The position numbers were made by a program, and so were the translations under genes. This document shows positions 11,650 through 26,513 of a stretch of DNA of 64,000 nucleotides, piece after piece. The DNA is from the human T2T-CHM13v2.0 reference genome, Homo sapiens. The notes under the pieces are model-generated. The model was not told the origin of the DNA. It worked only from the letters and a program-made list of their open reading frames with translations, and did no database searches. Location of the stretch: NCBI RefSeq assembly GCF_009914755.1, contig NC_060934.1. One strand, given 5' to 3'. Numbering within the stretch: the first letter of the stretch is position 1; each line of letters begins with the position of its first letter.

Positions 11650-13275
11650 GTGTGGGGAGCACTAATTCCCCAAGTGGGTCACAAGGAGTTATCCTGAGCA
11701 GGAATGCTCTTACTGTCCCCCTTGCTCCTGTACTCATACCGTCTACCTCTTGGGGACACAGCACTAAGTAAATTTCACCGATTGAGTGTTCCTATGTTCT
11801 AGAAAATGGCACTCTACACTCACAAGGGGTCGTATATAAGCTGGCATTTCAACTATGTCTTCAACAGGCCATACCATCACCCTTTTATGCTGGCCATTTC
11901 TGGGTGGTGCAGATTGTGATAGATCCACTGGACTCCATGGTCATGTGCCCACTGCTGTGCCTCCTTTGCAGTAAAAATGGGTCCTTGGTCCCACAAGGCC
12001 ATGAGGGATCCTGCGCTAGTGGATCTAAAGATCTTTGTGTCCTCAGAAAGTGTTGTGTTTGAGGCCCTGTGGACAGCAAAGGCAAACCCAATATACCTAT
12101 ATGGGTCTATTCCTGACTGAATAAATAAATCACTGCACTTTCCAAAATGGAAGGGATCCAAGCTAGTCAGCTTGCCACCAAGTGGCTTAGCTGGTGTCTT
12201 CAAAAGATAGCACTGTTCAGTTGGTCATTCTTGCTGGAAGGTTGAACATTTGGCAGCCAATAGCTAGATTGGCCTTGAAATAGAAGCCCATCTTACTGCA
12301 ACCACGTAGAGCCTCTGACAATCATGGATACCCCACCCACGCACCCATTACGCCAACACAGGGGTGCCCAACAACAGGCTGGCTCATGTCCATTGGTTAA
12401 TTCATTTTGTCAACCTGGTCACTTACTGTCTCTTCCATGGTTTATTCTAATGAGGGTTAACAGAGGTCTATCCACATTCCTCTACTCCAGACCTCCTTGT
12501 CCTGATCTTCTCATCTTTACCCTCTGATCAGCCAACCACATCATTCACCACTGTCCATAAGTCCAGGCACATTTATACTGAAGCCACTTCTTTTGCCACA
12601 CAAAGTAGATCATTAGGAATACTACCGGAAGCTCTGCCCAGTGGGAGGACTTCTTTTCTCCTTACAAAGCCAGCTCAAGAAGTACAGCAGTGCAGCCACC
12701 ATTTCAGCATGCCCTTACATACCTAGCCAACTCATCCATGAATCAAGTCTGGGCTTCCTCTTCCACCATCTGCTGCTCATACGGGATCCCCCATCAGCCA
12801 TGGGGAATTGCTAAGGGAGGGGCACAGCAGTAGAAAGAATGAGTATCCAGGCTTCCATGCCCCTACAGCTCACATATTTCCTTCAGCCCTGCTCAAGCCT
12901 TCCTCTCATCTCATGAGGGATTGCTCTGGAAGATGCCTGACCTTCTGACCTAATGAGAATGAGAGAACCCAAATCATGATGGGCAGTTCTGCCACCTGAT
13001 GTCCCATGGTCAGGGGCTTTGTCTCTATCCAAGCTGTGGAAGAATGCCAGGAGTTATTTTATGAAAAGCATAAAGTTCTGTACTGCAGATGGCAGTCTTG
13101 TTCTAGAACCCAAGGGGCTTGGGTTTTTATTCTCCCACTGGTGTACCATCTTGAAAACTCTGACATCATAGGGTCTCCTAGATCACATGAACCAAGCACA
13201 GAGCCACTTCCACTATAGCCTGTACCTGCTGCAGATCACTTTTCTGCTCTGGGCCAGATCAAAGCTGGCAGCCTT
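11650..13275 (-). mobile_element. Degenerate ERVL/HERV-L-type pol fragment (RT connection to integrase)
   Basis: Minus-strand peptides GIDPY..GFAF, DQGPIFTAKEAQQWAHDHGVQW.YH..HHPE and ITPCDPLGELVLP resemble ERVL integrase; many stops and frameshifts. Confidence 0.85.
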
Positions 13276-13446
13276 GAAGGGAAACAGAAATCCAAGATGT
13301 CTTTGTTTTAAGGTGTGTTTAAAGTTGTGTTGTCCAATACAGTAGCCACTACCCCCATGTGTCTACTGAGCACTTGAAATGTGGCTTGTGACAAATGTTG
13401 AAATGATAATACTTTGGATATATAGTATTACATAAAATGTATTATT

Positions 13447-13740
13447 GGCCGGGCACGGTGGCTCACACCTGTAATGTCAGCACTCTGGGAGGCTGAGGTG
13501 GGCTGATCGCTTGAGCCCAGGAGCTCAAGATCACCCTGGACAACATAGCAAAACCCCACCTCTATTAAAAAATATAAAAATTAGCCAGGCACGGCGACTT
13601 GTGCCTGTAGTCCCAACTACTCAGGGGACTGAGGTGGGAAGATCACTTGAGACCAGGAGGTCGAGGAAGCCATGATTGTGCCACTGCACTCCAGCCTGGG
13701 TGACAGAGCAAGACCTTGTCTCAAAAAAATAAAAAAGAAA
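13447..13740 (+). mobile_element. AluJ
   Basis: Dimeric Alu. Confidence 0.9.
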
Positions 13741-13748
13741 GTATTATT

Positions 13749-14090
<342 letters not shown>

Positions 14091-14702
14091 CTACTAGAGA
14101 ATTTTAAATTACATTCATGCGTTGCATCATACTTCTATTGGACAGCGATGAAGCAGCAATCACCCGTTTACAGATTTACCAAGCTTGTGGACTATCTGCC
14201 ACTAGCAAGGTACTGAGCTGAGTGCCGAGGAGAAAAGGCTGAAAAAGACAAAGGATCAGCTCTCATGCAGGCTTCTTTCCTTTCACGAGATGAGTGATTA
14301 GTGTCTTGTGTGATGCATGCCAAGAAGGTGTCCCCTGGGTATGGGAGCATAGGAGAGTGGCATCCAAGTCATGCTGGGCAGTCAGGAAGCCTGTCTGGAG
14401 GAGGAGGTGGCTCAATCTCGAAAGACAACAGAAATTTATTAAATGTTAAAAGTAATCAAGGGGTGCAGGAAGAGCATACCAAGTCAGAGAAAACAGCTTG
14501 ATCACAGTCTGCATGACTCTGGCTGACTTTTTCCTCTTCAGGAAATTTTCTGAAAGCTTAGTAATTAAAGATGGCTACAGAGTTAGACTGTTCCTTCCAA
14601 TCTTTTCATTTTAGAGGAAGCATGAAAGAGAAACAATCAGATAAATATGGTAGGCATGAAGCACAAAAAATAGGCCAAATCTCAAATTGCTCTCAGCAGT
14701 AA

Positions 14703-15128
<426 letters not shown>

Positions 15129-16204
15129 TGAACTCCTCATACAGGCTATATTGAATAGTAATAATGGTCACCTGAAGCTGTTGGTGTTTGGCCTCCCCTG
15201 GAAGCAAGATATCTGTATGAAAGACCCACACCTAAGAAGTAATACTGACAAATGTCAGACATTTGATTGGCACATTATCTGAGGAGAGGGATTAGAGAAA
15301 GTTCTAAGTATCCATGACTCATCTATTCCTTACAATCAAAATCCAAATCATGACTGTTAACGTCTTTGTAAATGAGTCAGACCTGCTGTGGTTCAGAGAC
15401 TTTTCATTTTATGATTTCTAAGAATTGCATAGTTTAAGCCACCTTGACTTTTATAAGCGTAGAAACAGATGGGGTTTAAAGTAAGAACTCATTAACTGCC
15501 AAAAAATAAAAAAAAGAAATCGAGAGCTTTAACATGACATGATTTTCTGCCTGAACAGTTTCAGTTCTGCTTGTTGTGGCACTACAACAGCTCACGTGCA
15601 TAAACTGTCCATCGTACATTCTGGCTTCAGAGTCTGTGGTATGAAATCCTGGTACTGATTACAATTCTTACTATTAGAGTATGTACCATGTTAGTGCATT
15701 CATAATGAAAGGTCATGAACTATTACCAAGGGTGGTGAGCACTGCTCAAGAATAGATGGTTGCTCCTTTGGAGGAAAGAGGGTTGCTTGGAGTACCCTGT
15801 CCGCCTCTCATAACAATCACTTAGTCTCAGTGTCTGGAGGGATGGGGGCACCACTGTTTGAGCCCATGAGGGATTAGTCACCAGGAGATAAACTGTGGTG
15901 ACCTCAGATCTTGACTCAGGACTCGTTCTTAGCAGCCAGGGTCCTCAGTCTCCTCTGTGAGGAGGACACAGTGGCCATGTCCTGGGCTCTCTGCTGCTGC
16001 TGGACACTTTCCTGAGGTTGCTGCCCTTCATGAAGGGGAGCAGCTGTGATGTCAGCAACCAGCCTGAAGAGGGACTTACTAGGGAATGTTTCCAAGCCAA
16101 CTGCTAATGCTCCCACCTATTATTTGGGAAGCATTCATTTCCTCAGATAAGCCTCAGAACAGCCCAATGCAAAGAAAACTTGATTTCATTAAAACAGAGC
16201 TAGG

Positions 16205-16509
<305 letters not shown>

Positions 16510-16717
16510 CTAGGTATCTTATATTAGCTTTACAGAAAGAGGATTTCAAGCAAGCTTCAAAGAAATATAAGAACAGAGCTTGTTAAGATGCAAGTTGCGG
16601 GGGAAAGGCCAGTAAATCTGAGAGAAACAAGAAACCCAAAACAAGAAGACAGGCCTCAGAAATCTCATCAGGCTTGAGTAGGAAATGGGACACATAATCA
16701 GATAACAGACACCACAC

Positions 16718-17073
16718 TGCTTTGTAGTCTATACATTTATTGAGTAAAAACAAAATCAGTGTCAGACACGTTATATTTGATTGGGTTCAAATTTGGCTGA
16801 TGTCCAAATGCAGCAGAGAAGAACGGCGGGGTGAAGGGACACAGTGTTGCTGACAAGGTGACACTGAACACAACAGTTTTCCTTTAATTGTAAAAGCGGG
16901 CATCGCACAGCTGGTGTGAGTCAATTAACCAAGGCAGGGAGGGGACTCAATGTTTTACAAGCAGAGGGAAAACCAAAGTAAGCAGAGAACTTTCAAGAGA
17001 AGAGAGGGCCAGAACACTGAGAGAAAAAGCTGCAGCAGAGGCCTGCTGGAGAACAGTGGTCAGATCTGCTGGC
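16718..17073 (-). other. PDLIM1: PDLIM1 3' UTR
   Basis: Lies between the stop codon and the poly(A) signal; cleavage site approximate. Confidence 0.8.
16736..16741 (-). terminator. PDLIM1 poly(A) signal AATAAA
   Basis: TTTATT on +; GU-rich GTGTGGTGTCTGTT follows on the - strand. Confidence 0.85.
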
Positions 17074-17260
17074 TCACTTGGGGAACACAGTGACCACTTC
17101 ATAACCCTCAGGTGGTGTGACTCGCTCCCGGGCATGCTTCTCACAGTAGATTTGATCCTCCACAAAGAAATGGCCCTTCTGTTTCAGGTTGGTGCCACAG
17201 TCAGTGCACACATAACACTCAGGGTGGCGGTGACGGTCCCGCAGCTTCACAAACACACCA
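17074..17260 (-). CDS. PDLIM1: PDLIM1 exon 7 coding part (LIM domain C-terminal portion, ...[10 protein letters not shown])
   Basis: ctgtag|T acceptor; [10 protein letters not shown]...IYCEKH LIM ligands; TGA at 17076-17074; 187 nt. Confidence 0.97.
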
Positions 17261-17716
17261 CTACAGAAGCAAGGGAGGGAAGGGACTCCATCAGTGACAA
17301 GCACCTGCAGGTGGCACCTGAGCAGGTGGCACCATCCTTCCTGAGCAGGGGCCTGGGGCTTCTCCCCAGGAACCCATCACAGGGGAAACCAGGGCCTCCC
17401 AACTGGCCTCCAATCATAAGGGACTTGCTTCTCCTTCCCAGGGTCCAGAGACATTTTTCCAAAAACCCCTCCTACTTCAACAGGGCAGCCCTGATTTTTC
17501 TCATTTTACATGTTCATAACCTAAGGGCTCCGCAGTGAAGGAAAACCTTCACAACCTGGCTCTGGGACACAGGACCTTTCTGGCCTCTCTGTTGCATTTT
17601 TCCAGGAGGGATTTGTCTCCCTCACAAGCAAAATGTGCAACATCCAGCACTTTCCACATTTTCATGGTTTACCCAACCTGCAGGGTCTGCAAAGGCTGTG
17701 GGAAGCAGATACTCAC

Positions 17717-17834
17717 ACAATCCCAGTGCCACATTTGTCACACATAGGCAACTTCTGAGCATTTCCAATCGACGCAGCCACTTTAGTGACAGGAGCTTTA
17801 ACACTTCTGAATCCTGAGGGCTTGTTGGGATCCC
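17717..17834 (-). CDS. PDLIM1: PDLIM1 exon 6 (118 nt; GDPNKPSGFRSVKAPVTKVAASIGNAQKLPMCDKCGTGIV)
   Basis: tttcag| acceptor and GT|gtgagt donor; first LIM CxxC. Confidence 0.97.
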
Positions 17835-18039
17835 CTGAAATGAGGAAAACACTGTCATTGGCCAGGAAGGGCAGAATTGCATAAGTATCACTCAGCTCTT
17901 CAGAACCACTTATAAATATATGTTCAAGCAAGGCCATGGGAACTGGAGTGACTCTGCTCTGTGATCCTGGGCAAGTAACTTAGCCTCTCTGGTCCCCAGT
18001 TTATTTTTCTATAAAATAGGAGATTAACACCTGGCCAAA

Positions 18040-19825
18040 GAAAAGCCCAAAAAGCCAAGACAATCCTAAGCAAAAACAATAAAGCTGGAAGCATCATGCC
18101 ACCCAAATTCAAACTATATTACAAGGCTACAGTAATCAAAACGACATGGTACTGGTAGAAGAACAGAGAACAGAGAACCCAGAAACGAGACCACACACCC
18201 ACAACCATCTGATCTTTGACAAACCTGACAAAAACAAGCAATGAAGAAAGGATTCCCTATTTAATAAATGGTGCTGGGAGACCTGGCTAGCCATATGCAG
18301 AAAATTGAAACTGGATCCCTTCTTTACACCATATATAAAAATCAGCTCAAGATGGATTAAAGACTTAAATGTAAAGCCCAAAACTATAAAAACACTACAA
18401 GAAAATCTAGGCAATACCATTCAGGACATGGGCATGGGCAAAGATTTCATGATGAAAACCCGAAAAGCAATTGTAACAAAAGCAAAAATTGACAAATGGG
18501 ATCTAATTAAACTAAAGAGCTTCTGCACAGCAAAAGAAACTATCATCAAAATGAAGAGACAACCCACAGAATGCGAGAAAATTTTTGCAATCTATCCATC
18601 TGACAAAGGTCTAATATCCAGCATCTGCAAGGAACTTAAAACAAATTTACAAGAAAAAAATAAGCCGGGCACAGTAGCTCACTTCTGTAATCCCAACACT
18701 TTGGGAGGCCGAGGTGGGTGGATCACCTGAGGTCAGGAATTTGAGAATAGCCTGGCCAACATAGCCAAACCCCCTCTCTACTAAAATTACAAAAATTAGC
18801 CAGGTGTGGTGGCATGCACCTATAGTTCCAGCTACTCAGGAGGCTGAGGCAAGAGAATCACTTGAACCCAGGAGGCGGAGGTTGCAATGGGCTGAGATTG
18901 TGCCACTGCACTCCAGCCTGGGCAACAGAGCGAGACTCCATCTCAATAAAAGAAAAAAATAACCCCATTAAAAAGTGGGCAAAGAACATGAACAGACAGT
19001 TTTCAAAAGACATACATGCGGCCAACAAACATGAAAAAAAGCTCGACATCACTGATCATTAGAGAAATACAAATCAAAACCACAATGAGATACCGACTCC
19101 CGCCAGTCTGAATGGCTATTATTAAAACGTAAAAAAACAACAGATGCTGGCAAGGTTGTGGAGAAAAAAGAACGCTTTCACACTGTTGGGATGTAAATTA
19201 GTTCAAACATTGTGGAAGACAGTGTGGTGAGTCCTCAAAGACCTAGAAGCACAAATACCATTCAGCCCAGCAATCCCATTACTGGATGTATACCCAAAGG
19301 AATATAAATCATTCTATCATGAAAATACATGCACTCTTACGTTCATCACAGCACTCACTATTCATGATAGCAAAGACATGGAATCAACCTAAATTCCCAT
19401 CAATGATAGACTGGATAAAGAAAATGTGGTACGTATACACCAGGGAATACTATGCAGCCATAAAAAGGAACGAGATCTTGTCCTTTGCAGGGACATGGAT
19501 GGAACTGGAAGCCATTACCCTCAGCAAACTAATGCAGGAACACAAAACCAAATACCACATATTCTCACTTGTAAGTGGGAGCTGAATGATGAGAACAGAT
19601 GGACACATGGTGGAGGGACAAGACACACTAGGGCCTGTCAGATGGTGGGGAGTGGGGGAAGGAGAACATCTGGAAGAATGGCTGATGGATGCTGGGCTTA
19701 ATATCTAGGTGATGGGATGATCTGTGCAGCAAACCACCATGGCACGTCATTACCTATGTAACAAACCTGTGCATCCTACACATGTACCCCTGAACTTAAA
19801 TGTTGGAAATGTAAAAATAAATAAA
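18040..19825 (+). mobile_element. 5'-truncated primate L1 (L1PA/PB; ORF2 3' end plus 3' UTR), antisense to PDLIM1
   Basis: ORF2 peptide [30 protein letters not shown]; typical 3' UTR; Alu inserted at 18663-18960. Confidence 0.93.
18663..18960 (+). mobile_element. AluS inside L1
   Basis: Dimeric Alu. Confidence 0.92.
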
Positions 19826-20054
19826 GTTCTTAGAAAAGAAATCCACATCACAGATAGAACAAAACCATCAGAATACAGCATGCTACAGCAGGCAGATAAC
19901 AATCATCTCCTACAGAGCAGAGGAAGGAGCCTTTCTGTAGTCAGCCTGGTGCGTGTAAAATAAGCCCCTAGTAGCTAGATGCTGAGCTGCCTAAGGCCCC
20001 ACTCATCACATCTTAGGTAACAAAGCCCTGTACCATGGTAGCTATTAATAATGG

Positions 20055-20195
20055 TAAAAATCACCTGGAGGCCTTGTTAACACACAGATTGCTGGGCCCC
20101 ACCCCCAGAGTTTCTGAGCCAGAAGGCCCAGGATGGGGCCTAAGACTGCATTTCCAACAAGTTCCCAGGCGCCACTGATCCAAGAACCACTGGAC
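20055..20195. mobile_element. MER5A-like
   Basis: aatcacctgg...gattgctgggccccacccccagagtttctga...gaaccactg. Confidence 0.75.
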
Positions 20196-20585
20196 AAGAG
20201 CAAAGAAACAGCTTCCTGTGCCAGGTGGGGATGAAGAGAGGGTCACCCCATGACTGCAGTCACGTCGGGCAATCGCGGGGCTGACAGACGAGGGCCTTAG
20301 CTCTCTTGTTCTTTCAGAAAGTGAGTCCCTGTATGCTGACCAATCCTTCCGAACCAAAAATTGAGACACATGTTCACACAATGGACATTTATTAATTGTT
20401 TATTTTTACTGATTAGAGATAGCATCTCGCTATGTTGTGTCTCAAAGTCCTGCCCTCCAGCGATCCTCCCACCAGAGCTTCTCCAGTAGCCACTGTGCCT
20501 GGCAACAAGGGGCGTTTAGAATACATGGTTGACTGTATTTTGACCACAATTACCCCGCCCCTCTCTTGCCATGCTTACCTCCAGT

Positions 20586-20778
20586 CAGTGGTTCCCTACT
20601 GGGGGCAGTTTTGTCTCCTAGAGAGCAGTTTCGATTGTCACAGTGAAAGGGGGTGCCACTGGCGTCTAGTGGGCAGAGGTCAGGGATGCTGCTGAACATC
20701 CCAAAATACACAGGGCAGCCCCACAACAAGGATTCATATGGCCCAAAATGTCAATAGCACCAAGGCTGAGAAACCCTG
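20586..20778 (+). mobile_element. MER20 hAT element
   Basis: cagtggtt...ctagtgggcagaggtcagggatgctgct...gagaaaccctg. Confidence 0.85.
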
Positions 20779-21490
20779 CTCTCGATGGAGTAGACTTCCC
20801 CATCCTGACTTTAGCCAACGTGAGCAGATGTGAGCCTTATACAGGCAAAAGCACTAAGGGCACTTGTGTGGTTTGGCCCTGTTCCCACAGAGGTATTGCC
20901 TCTGCCATGAAAACAGCAAGCACCAGAGTGCCTCTCCCTTCCCTGGGCTTGAATGAGAGGACTCGGGGCCTGGTCCAGCCCTGCCAAGCCCAGCAGAGCC
21001 ACAGCTATCCGGTAGCCCTCATAAATACAGATTACCCACTGCTGAATAATACAATATGAGAGATGGTTTGGGGTACTTGGCTGGCTTATGGGGAACAACA
21101 AGAGGGTATATGTGAATGCAGCCTGAACTCTCAATAGCCCTATCATGCTGCCATGGCTCAGACTTAGGCTTCCCCCCTCAGAGCTGGGACTATTCATCGC
21201 TGGGAACCGATGCACACAGATGTCCACCTGGCAGCACATGAGATGGGGCTGAGATTAGGAGGCTCCATGGTTTTAAGTGGTGAGCTCTACAGATGGGCTT
21301 GGGGAAGACTCAGTTCTGCCCCACCAGCAGGTGCATAAGGAGAAACCACCTTGGTGCTTCTGTTCTCCCCGAGCCTAGGGCACCTTCTTGCCCTTCCCAA
21401 GCCTTCCTCCCTTCCTTTGGGAGGAGGCCAAAGTTCCAACTTTGTTCACCATATATTTTACCTGTATTAATTTTTTTAATATTGCATTTA

Positions 21491-21866
<376 letters not shown>

Positions 21867-22857
21867 TCACCTCACCCTGATCCTGGCCCTTCCTAGAGGG
21901 ATCTCAGAAGGGCCTGGGTGGGCATCTTCTCTAAGCATCATGCCTCAAGCATCCCAAACGGATTCCCTCATTTTCTGGCTGATGAAGCCATCTGGCTGCC
22001 TGCCCATGACAAGAAGGAAATGGCAGCATCTCTACATACCTGGGCAGTTTGCAAAGGCACTGATTGGGCTGAGAACCAGCTCAATGAGGTTGGGCTCTCT
22101 TATGCAATGGGCTTTTCACATTTCACACTTAAAGACCTGGAATCCACTCAATCCATAGAAAAATCACCAGGAAAGAAGAGAGGCTGCAAAAGGGTAGAAT
22201 GAGAAAAAGCCAGGAGGGACATGAAATCTCCATTAGGTAGGAGAATCCACATCTTTTTCTAGAATGAAGAGACCTGACCTGGATAAAACTGGGCACAGCT
22301 TGGGGGAGAAGGCTGCCTGCCCAACAGAAGACTCACTGTGGCCTGTTCAGCCCTACAGTGCCACCTGTTGGCTTCAAGGTTTTTTCTCTCACATATCCAG
22401 CCAACACTGCGAATCCAGAGAAATCTCTCTTCCTTTCTTCTCAACTAGCTTATAGTGAAAATACTAGCTTCCTTTGAACTCCAGGCAACTACAAAAATTT
22501 CCAAATTTCTCTTCTTACAGTGAACCCTGTATCCCAAATATTTCTGGAAAAAAAGTGAAAATTAGCTAAATAAACCACAGCTGTTTTTCTGTCCACTTCA
22601 CTGCTCAACAACCTTGCATGACTTCACACTACCTTTAGAATCAAGCTCATGATTCTTAACCTTGCACCTGGTGGTCCCCCATATCTAACTCGAGATCACC
22701 CAAGGATTCACCTGGAACCCTGGGTAACCAGCCAAAACGAGCCTCGGTACTTGCTGAACTAGTCTCCAGTTTTCTCATCTCAGAGCCTCTGGCCACCACT
22801 GTGTTTTCTCAGCCCATGACTGCTCCTTCCAAACCTCCAATCATTGAAAGTCTCCTT

Positions 22858-23275
22858 CAATGGACAGATGAATGGATAAATAAAATGTAATATACACAAA
22901 CAACAGAATAATACTCTGCCTTAAAATGGAAAGAATTTCTGACACATGCTACATGGATGAACCCCGAGGATATTAAGCTAAGTGAACTAAGCCAGGACCA
23001 AAAGGACAACTACTGCATGACACCACTTATACAAGGTATTTAGAGTAGTCAAATTCATAGAGACAAGCAGGAGGGTGGTTACCAGGAGCTGGAAGGAGAG
23101 AGGAATGGTGAAATACTCTTTAATGGGAATAGTTTCAGTTTTGCAAAATAAAAGAGTTCTATGGATGGATGGTGGTGATAGTAGCACAATCACATAAATG
23201 TACTTAATACCACTAAATTGTACACTTAAAATTTGTTAAGATGGTAAATTTTATATTAAGTATATTTCACCATTT
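22858..23275 (+). mobile_element. L1MB-like 3' end
   Basis: Typical old L1 3' UTR (ttgtacacttaaaa...gtaaattttat). Confidence 0.85.
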
Positions 23276-23745
23276 TTCTTAATATAACGGCTTCTTCTGC
23301 CTGCAAGTTTTGGAATTTGATCCAGAACAAGATGAAGGTGAGGAACCAAGGGCCCCTTTCTCCTAGTCTAGAAGCTGAATTTTACCCAAAATGAGACAGC
23401 TTGTGTTGAGTCTTCAAGGTTTATGACCAAATACTGCTGTAGCCAAGCTTCCTTCAGGGAGGGGCCTTACTCACTGTGCACCTGGCAGTTTACAGACGTG
23501 GCTTTACTTAACCCTGTAAACAATCCCATGAGGTCCTGGCTATTAGCTTCAATGGATCTGTGCAGAAACTAGAGCTTAGAAAGGCAAGCAACTTGCTGGA
23601 GGTGTCACAGCAGGTCAGAGGCAGATCCTGGATGCCAGTGCTCTTTCTGCCCTGCAGCACTGCTTTCTGAACCAGAGGCGTTTCTGAATGACAGGACCTC
23701 TCATCAACTGCTTTTACTACCTTAACCTTTCACCATTTTATCTCA

Positions 23746-24120
<375 letters not shown>

Positions 24121-24189
24121 TTAGAATGGAATTTATCCTGTTACTGTCAGTAAAGATTTAATGCGGGTACACAGTAAGAGATACAGGAG

Positions 24190-24740
24190 AAACTACAAGA
24201 TTTGCTATCTCCCTCTTCCCTTCCAGCAGAATCTTGATTCTCTTTGGGGCAAGAACCATCCAGACTAAGGGCTAAAATTTTTTTTAAAAAGAATCCTAAT
24301 TCCCAGACTCTCGTTTAACTAGGTGTAGCCAGGTGACTAAATCATGGTCAATAAAATGGAAGAGTAGTGTGGGACTTCTGGGAAGGAGAAAGCTGGCTCA
24401 TCTGAAATTGGAACTCCCCGGTTAGCATTATCTCCCTTCTTCCTCCCTGTCACCTGGGGGTAAGCATGATGGTTGGAACACCAGCTGCTAACCAGGACCA
24501 CGAAGTAACCTTGGGAATAGAAGCCACAAATTTGGGTGCTGGAGTGCCGGATAGGAGTCCAGATCTTGAAGAGCATGGAGCTTCCAAATCCATGCTCAGG
24601 TCCTTCTCTGTGAGCTGAGATGAGCTCTGCAGCATGTCTAGTTGGGCACGGATGAACTTGACCTTGCCTCTCATTGAAGGGTTTCACATCCACGTAAGAG
24701 TGAAATAAGTTGTGGTTTCTCACATGTTTTTACAAAGCTA
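24190..24740. mobile_element. Old MaLR LTR (MLT1-like)
   Basis: Diverged MLT1-type motifs (gtgactaa..ggtcaat, gggacttctgggaag, tgatggttgga..cagctgc). Confidence 0.55.
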
Positions 24741-26361
24741 TCATCCTCAAGGGTTGGCCCCCAAGTTGTTTGTCAGGCAAAGCTAATACTGGAACTTGAT
24801 ACGAAGTATGGCTCATTACTTCCCAGCTGCTCAGCTACTCCAAGCAAAAGAGGAAAGCAGTGGTAGAACAGTATCATTTTAGCATAAAAGAAGCACATGC
24901 AAACACATGGCCCATGGTTTCCTAATTTCCTATGGTTGTAAACTGCCACTCTCTCTAAAGAAATCACACAAATGGGGAGGAAGCCCAGGTGTCGGGTGTG
25001 TTCAGAAGAGAACTTTCTTATCAGAAAGGGCTCCCCAGGAAGCTGAATCTTCGGCTGCGGACTTTGAGGAGGGAGGTTCATCTTCCAGAGGGCACAAGCC
25101 TCTCAGCCAACATGCCAATCCCTTTGCAGCCTGGCTGAGGCAGGTCTCACACTCACCATCACAAGGTGTCCCCTCACTGGAGCATCCACTGTCTCTTTGC
25201 AGATGGGTCCATGAGAGAGATAGAGGGCATAGAAAACAAGACCCCACTGAAGTGCCCAAGCCTCAAGAAAGGAAGAGAGAGTGTGGAGGACTGGGCATCA
25301 CAGGGACCAGGAAAGGGTACAAAACCCAGCTCTCTGGAAAAGACTGCCCATGAGCATCACAGGAGGTGCTGATGAGGAACTACCAGGGAAGAAGCGGGTG
25401 TGAGGGCTGCTGATCATCTTTGTGAGGGGAATAAAGCATCCCTTCTTCAATACATCCACCTGTCACAATTTCTCGACGTATAGCATTGTTATTAAGTGAA
25501 GATACTTTTACCACTGTCCACTTAAACATGATCATAATAAATGTACGTTACATAATGTCTTCAGTGAGAAGCATGTCTCCTGAGACCTGCAGAACCCTAC
25601 GGGGTGACCCTGGGTGCCTCAACATCAAAGCTCACCCCAAGGACAAGAAAGCCTCTTCATGACATTTCAAACACCACAATAACTATGAAGCGAGTACTCA
25701 GTTACGATGATGGATGTTTTACACAACTTATGCCATTTCATGACCATGATAATCTTAGAGGAAAGGAGTTTTATCCCTGATGGACAGATGAGAAAACAGA
25801 CCTGGGAAGGTTGAGATTTGCCAAAGGTCACAGAATAAGAACATGGCCACAAGGGGGAGCTCTTGGGCCCTCAAGAGGCCACCCACCTTAGAGCAAATGC
25901 AAACACATGCCCCCAAGCAAAGCCAGCCCCTGGCTTCACCGAGCACTAATTCATTCTCATTCTGCTGCTCATTGCCCATGGCCTTCATCACTGAAGTTCC
26001 TCAGCCACTACCAAGGTATTGTTTCTGGGCTCAAAGCAAATAAATGGCCAAGGGACAGACCAACAGGCTCCCACAGCAGTCAGGCTCACCCCAACCTTAG
26101 CATCCTCTTGCACATGTGACAGGACACAGTTGGCCAGGCCTGGAGTTTCTTAAATACAGACCCAGATGGGAAAATGTGGTCAGCACTCTCTTCCTCTCTC
26201 TCTCTCTCTCTCCCTCTATCTCTTTTTAAAGAATTTCAGCATTTTAAAAGCCCATGCCCTCCAAAGCAGGCTCCAGAGTGTGTTCACCTGTGCTTCCACA
26301 ATGACTGACTCTCACATCTGACCTTGAACAAGAGCCTCTGACTGCAGATGGAGCTGATTAC

Positions 26362-26513
26362 CTTTTTCTTCAGACTCCAGGATTTCCTGCAAAACCAAGA
26401 AAGACGTGGACTGTTTCGGGGGCTCATTCAACTCCTGTTTCTCCTGAAGCATCTTGTAAACTTCAGATTCTTTGTCGATGACAAGGCTGCTTGGAGGCTG
26501 AGCATGGTCTAAG
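26362..26513 (-). CDS. PDLIM1: PDLIM1 exon 5 (152 nt; LDHAQPPSSLVIDKESEVYKMLQEKQELNEPPKQSTSFLVLQEILESEEK)
   Basis: tttacag| acceptor and AAG|gtaatc donor; ALP-family SEVYKML/PKQSTSF motif. Confidence 0.97.

Noticed and set aside
17056-17538. 160-aa + strand ORF
   Set aside because: Antisense shadow of PDLIM1 exon 7 with no independent support
18305-19585. 141-aa and 99-aa ORFs
   Set aside because: Fragments of L1 ORF2 broken by stops and an Alu
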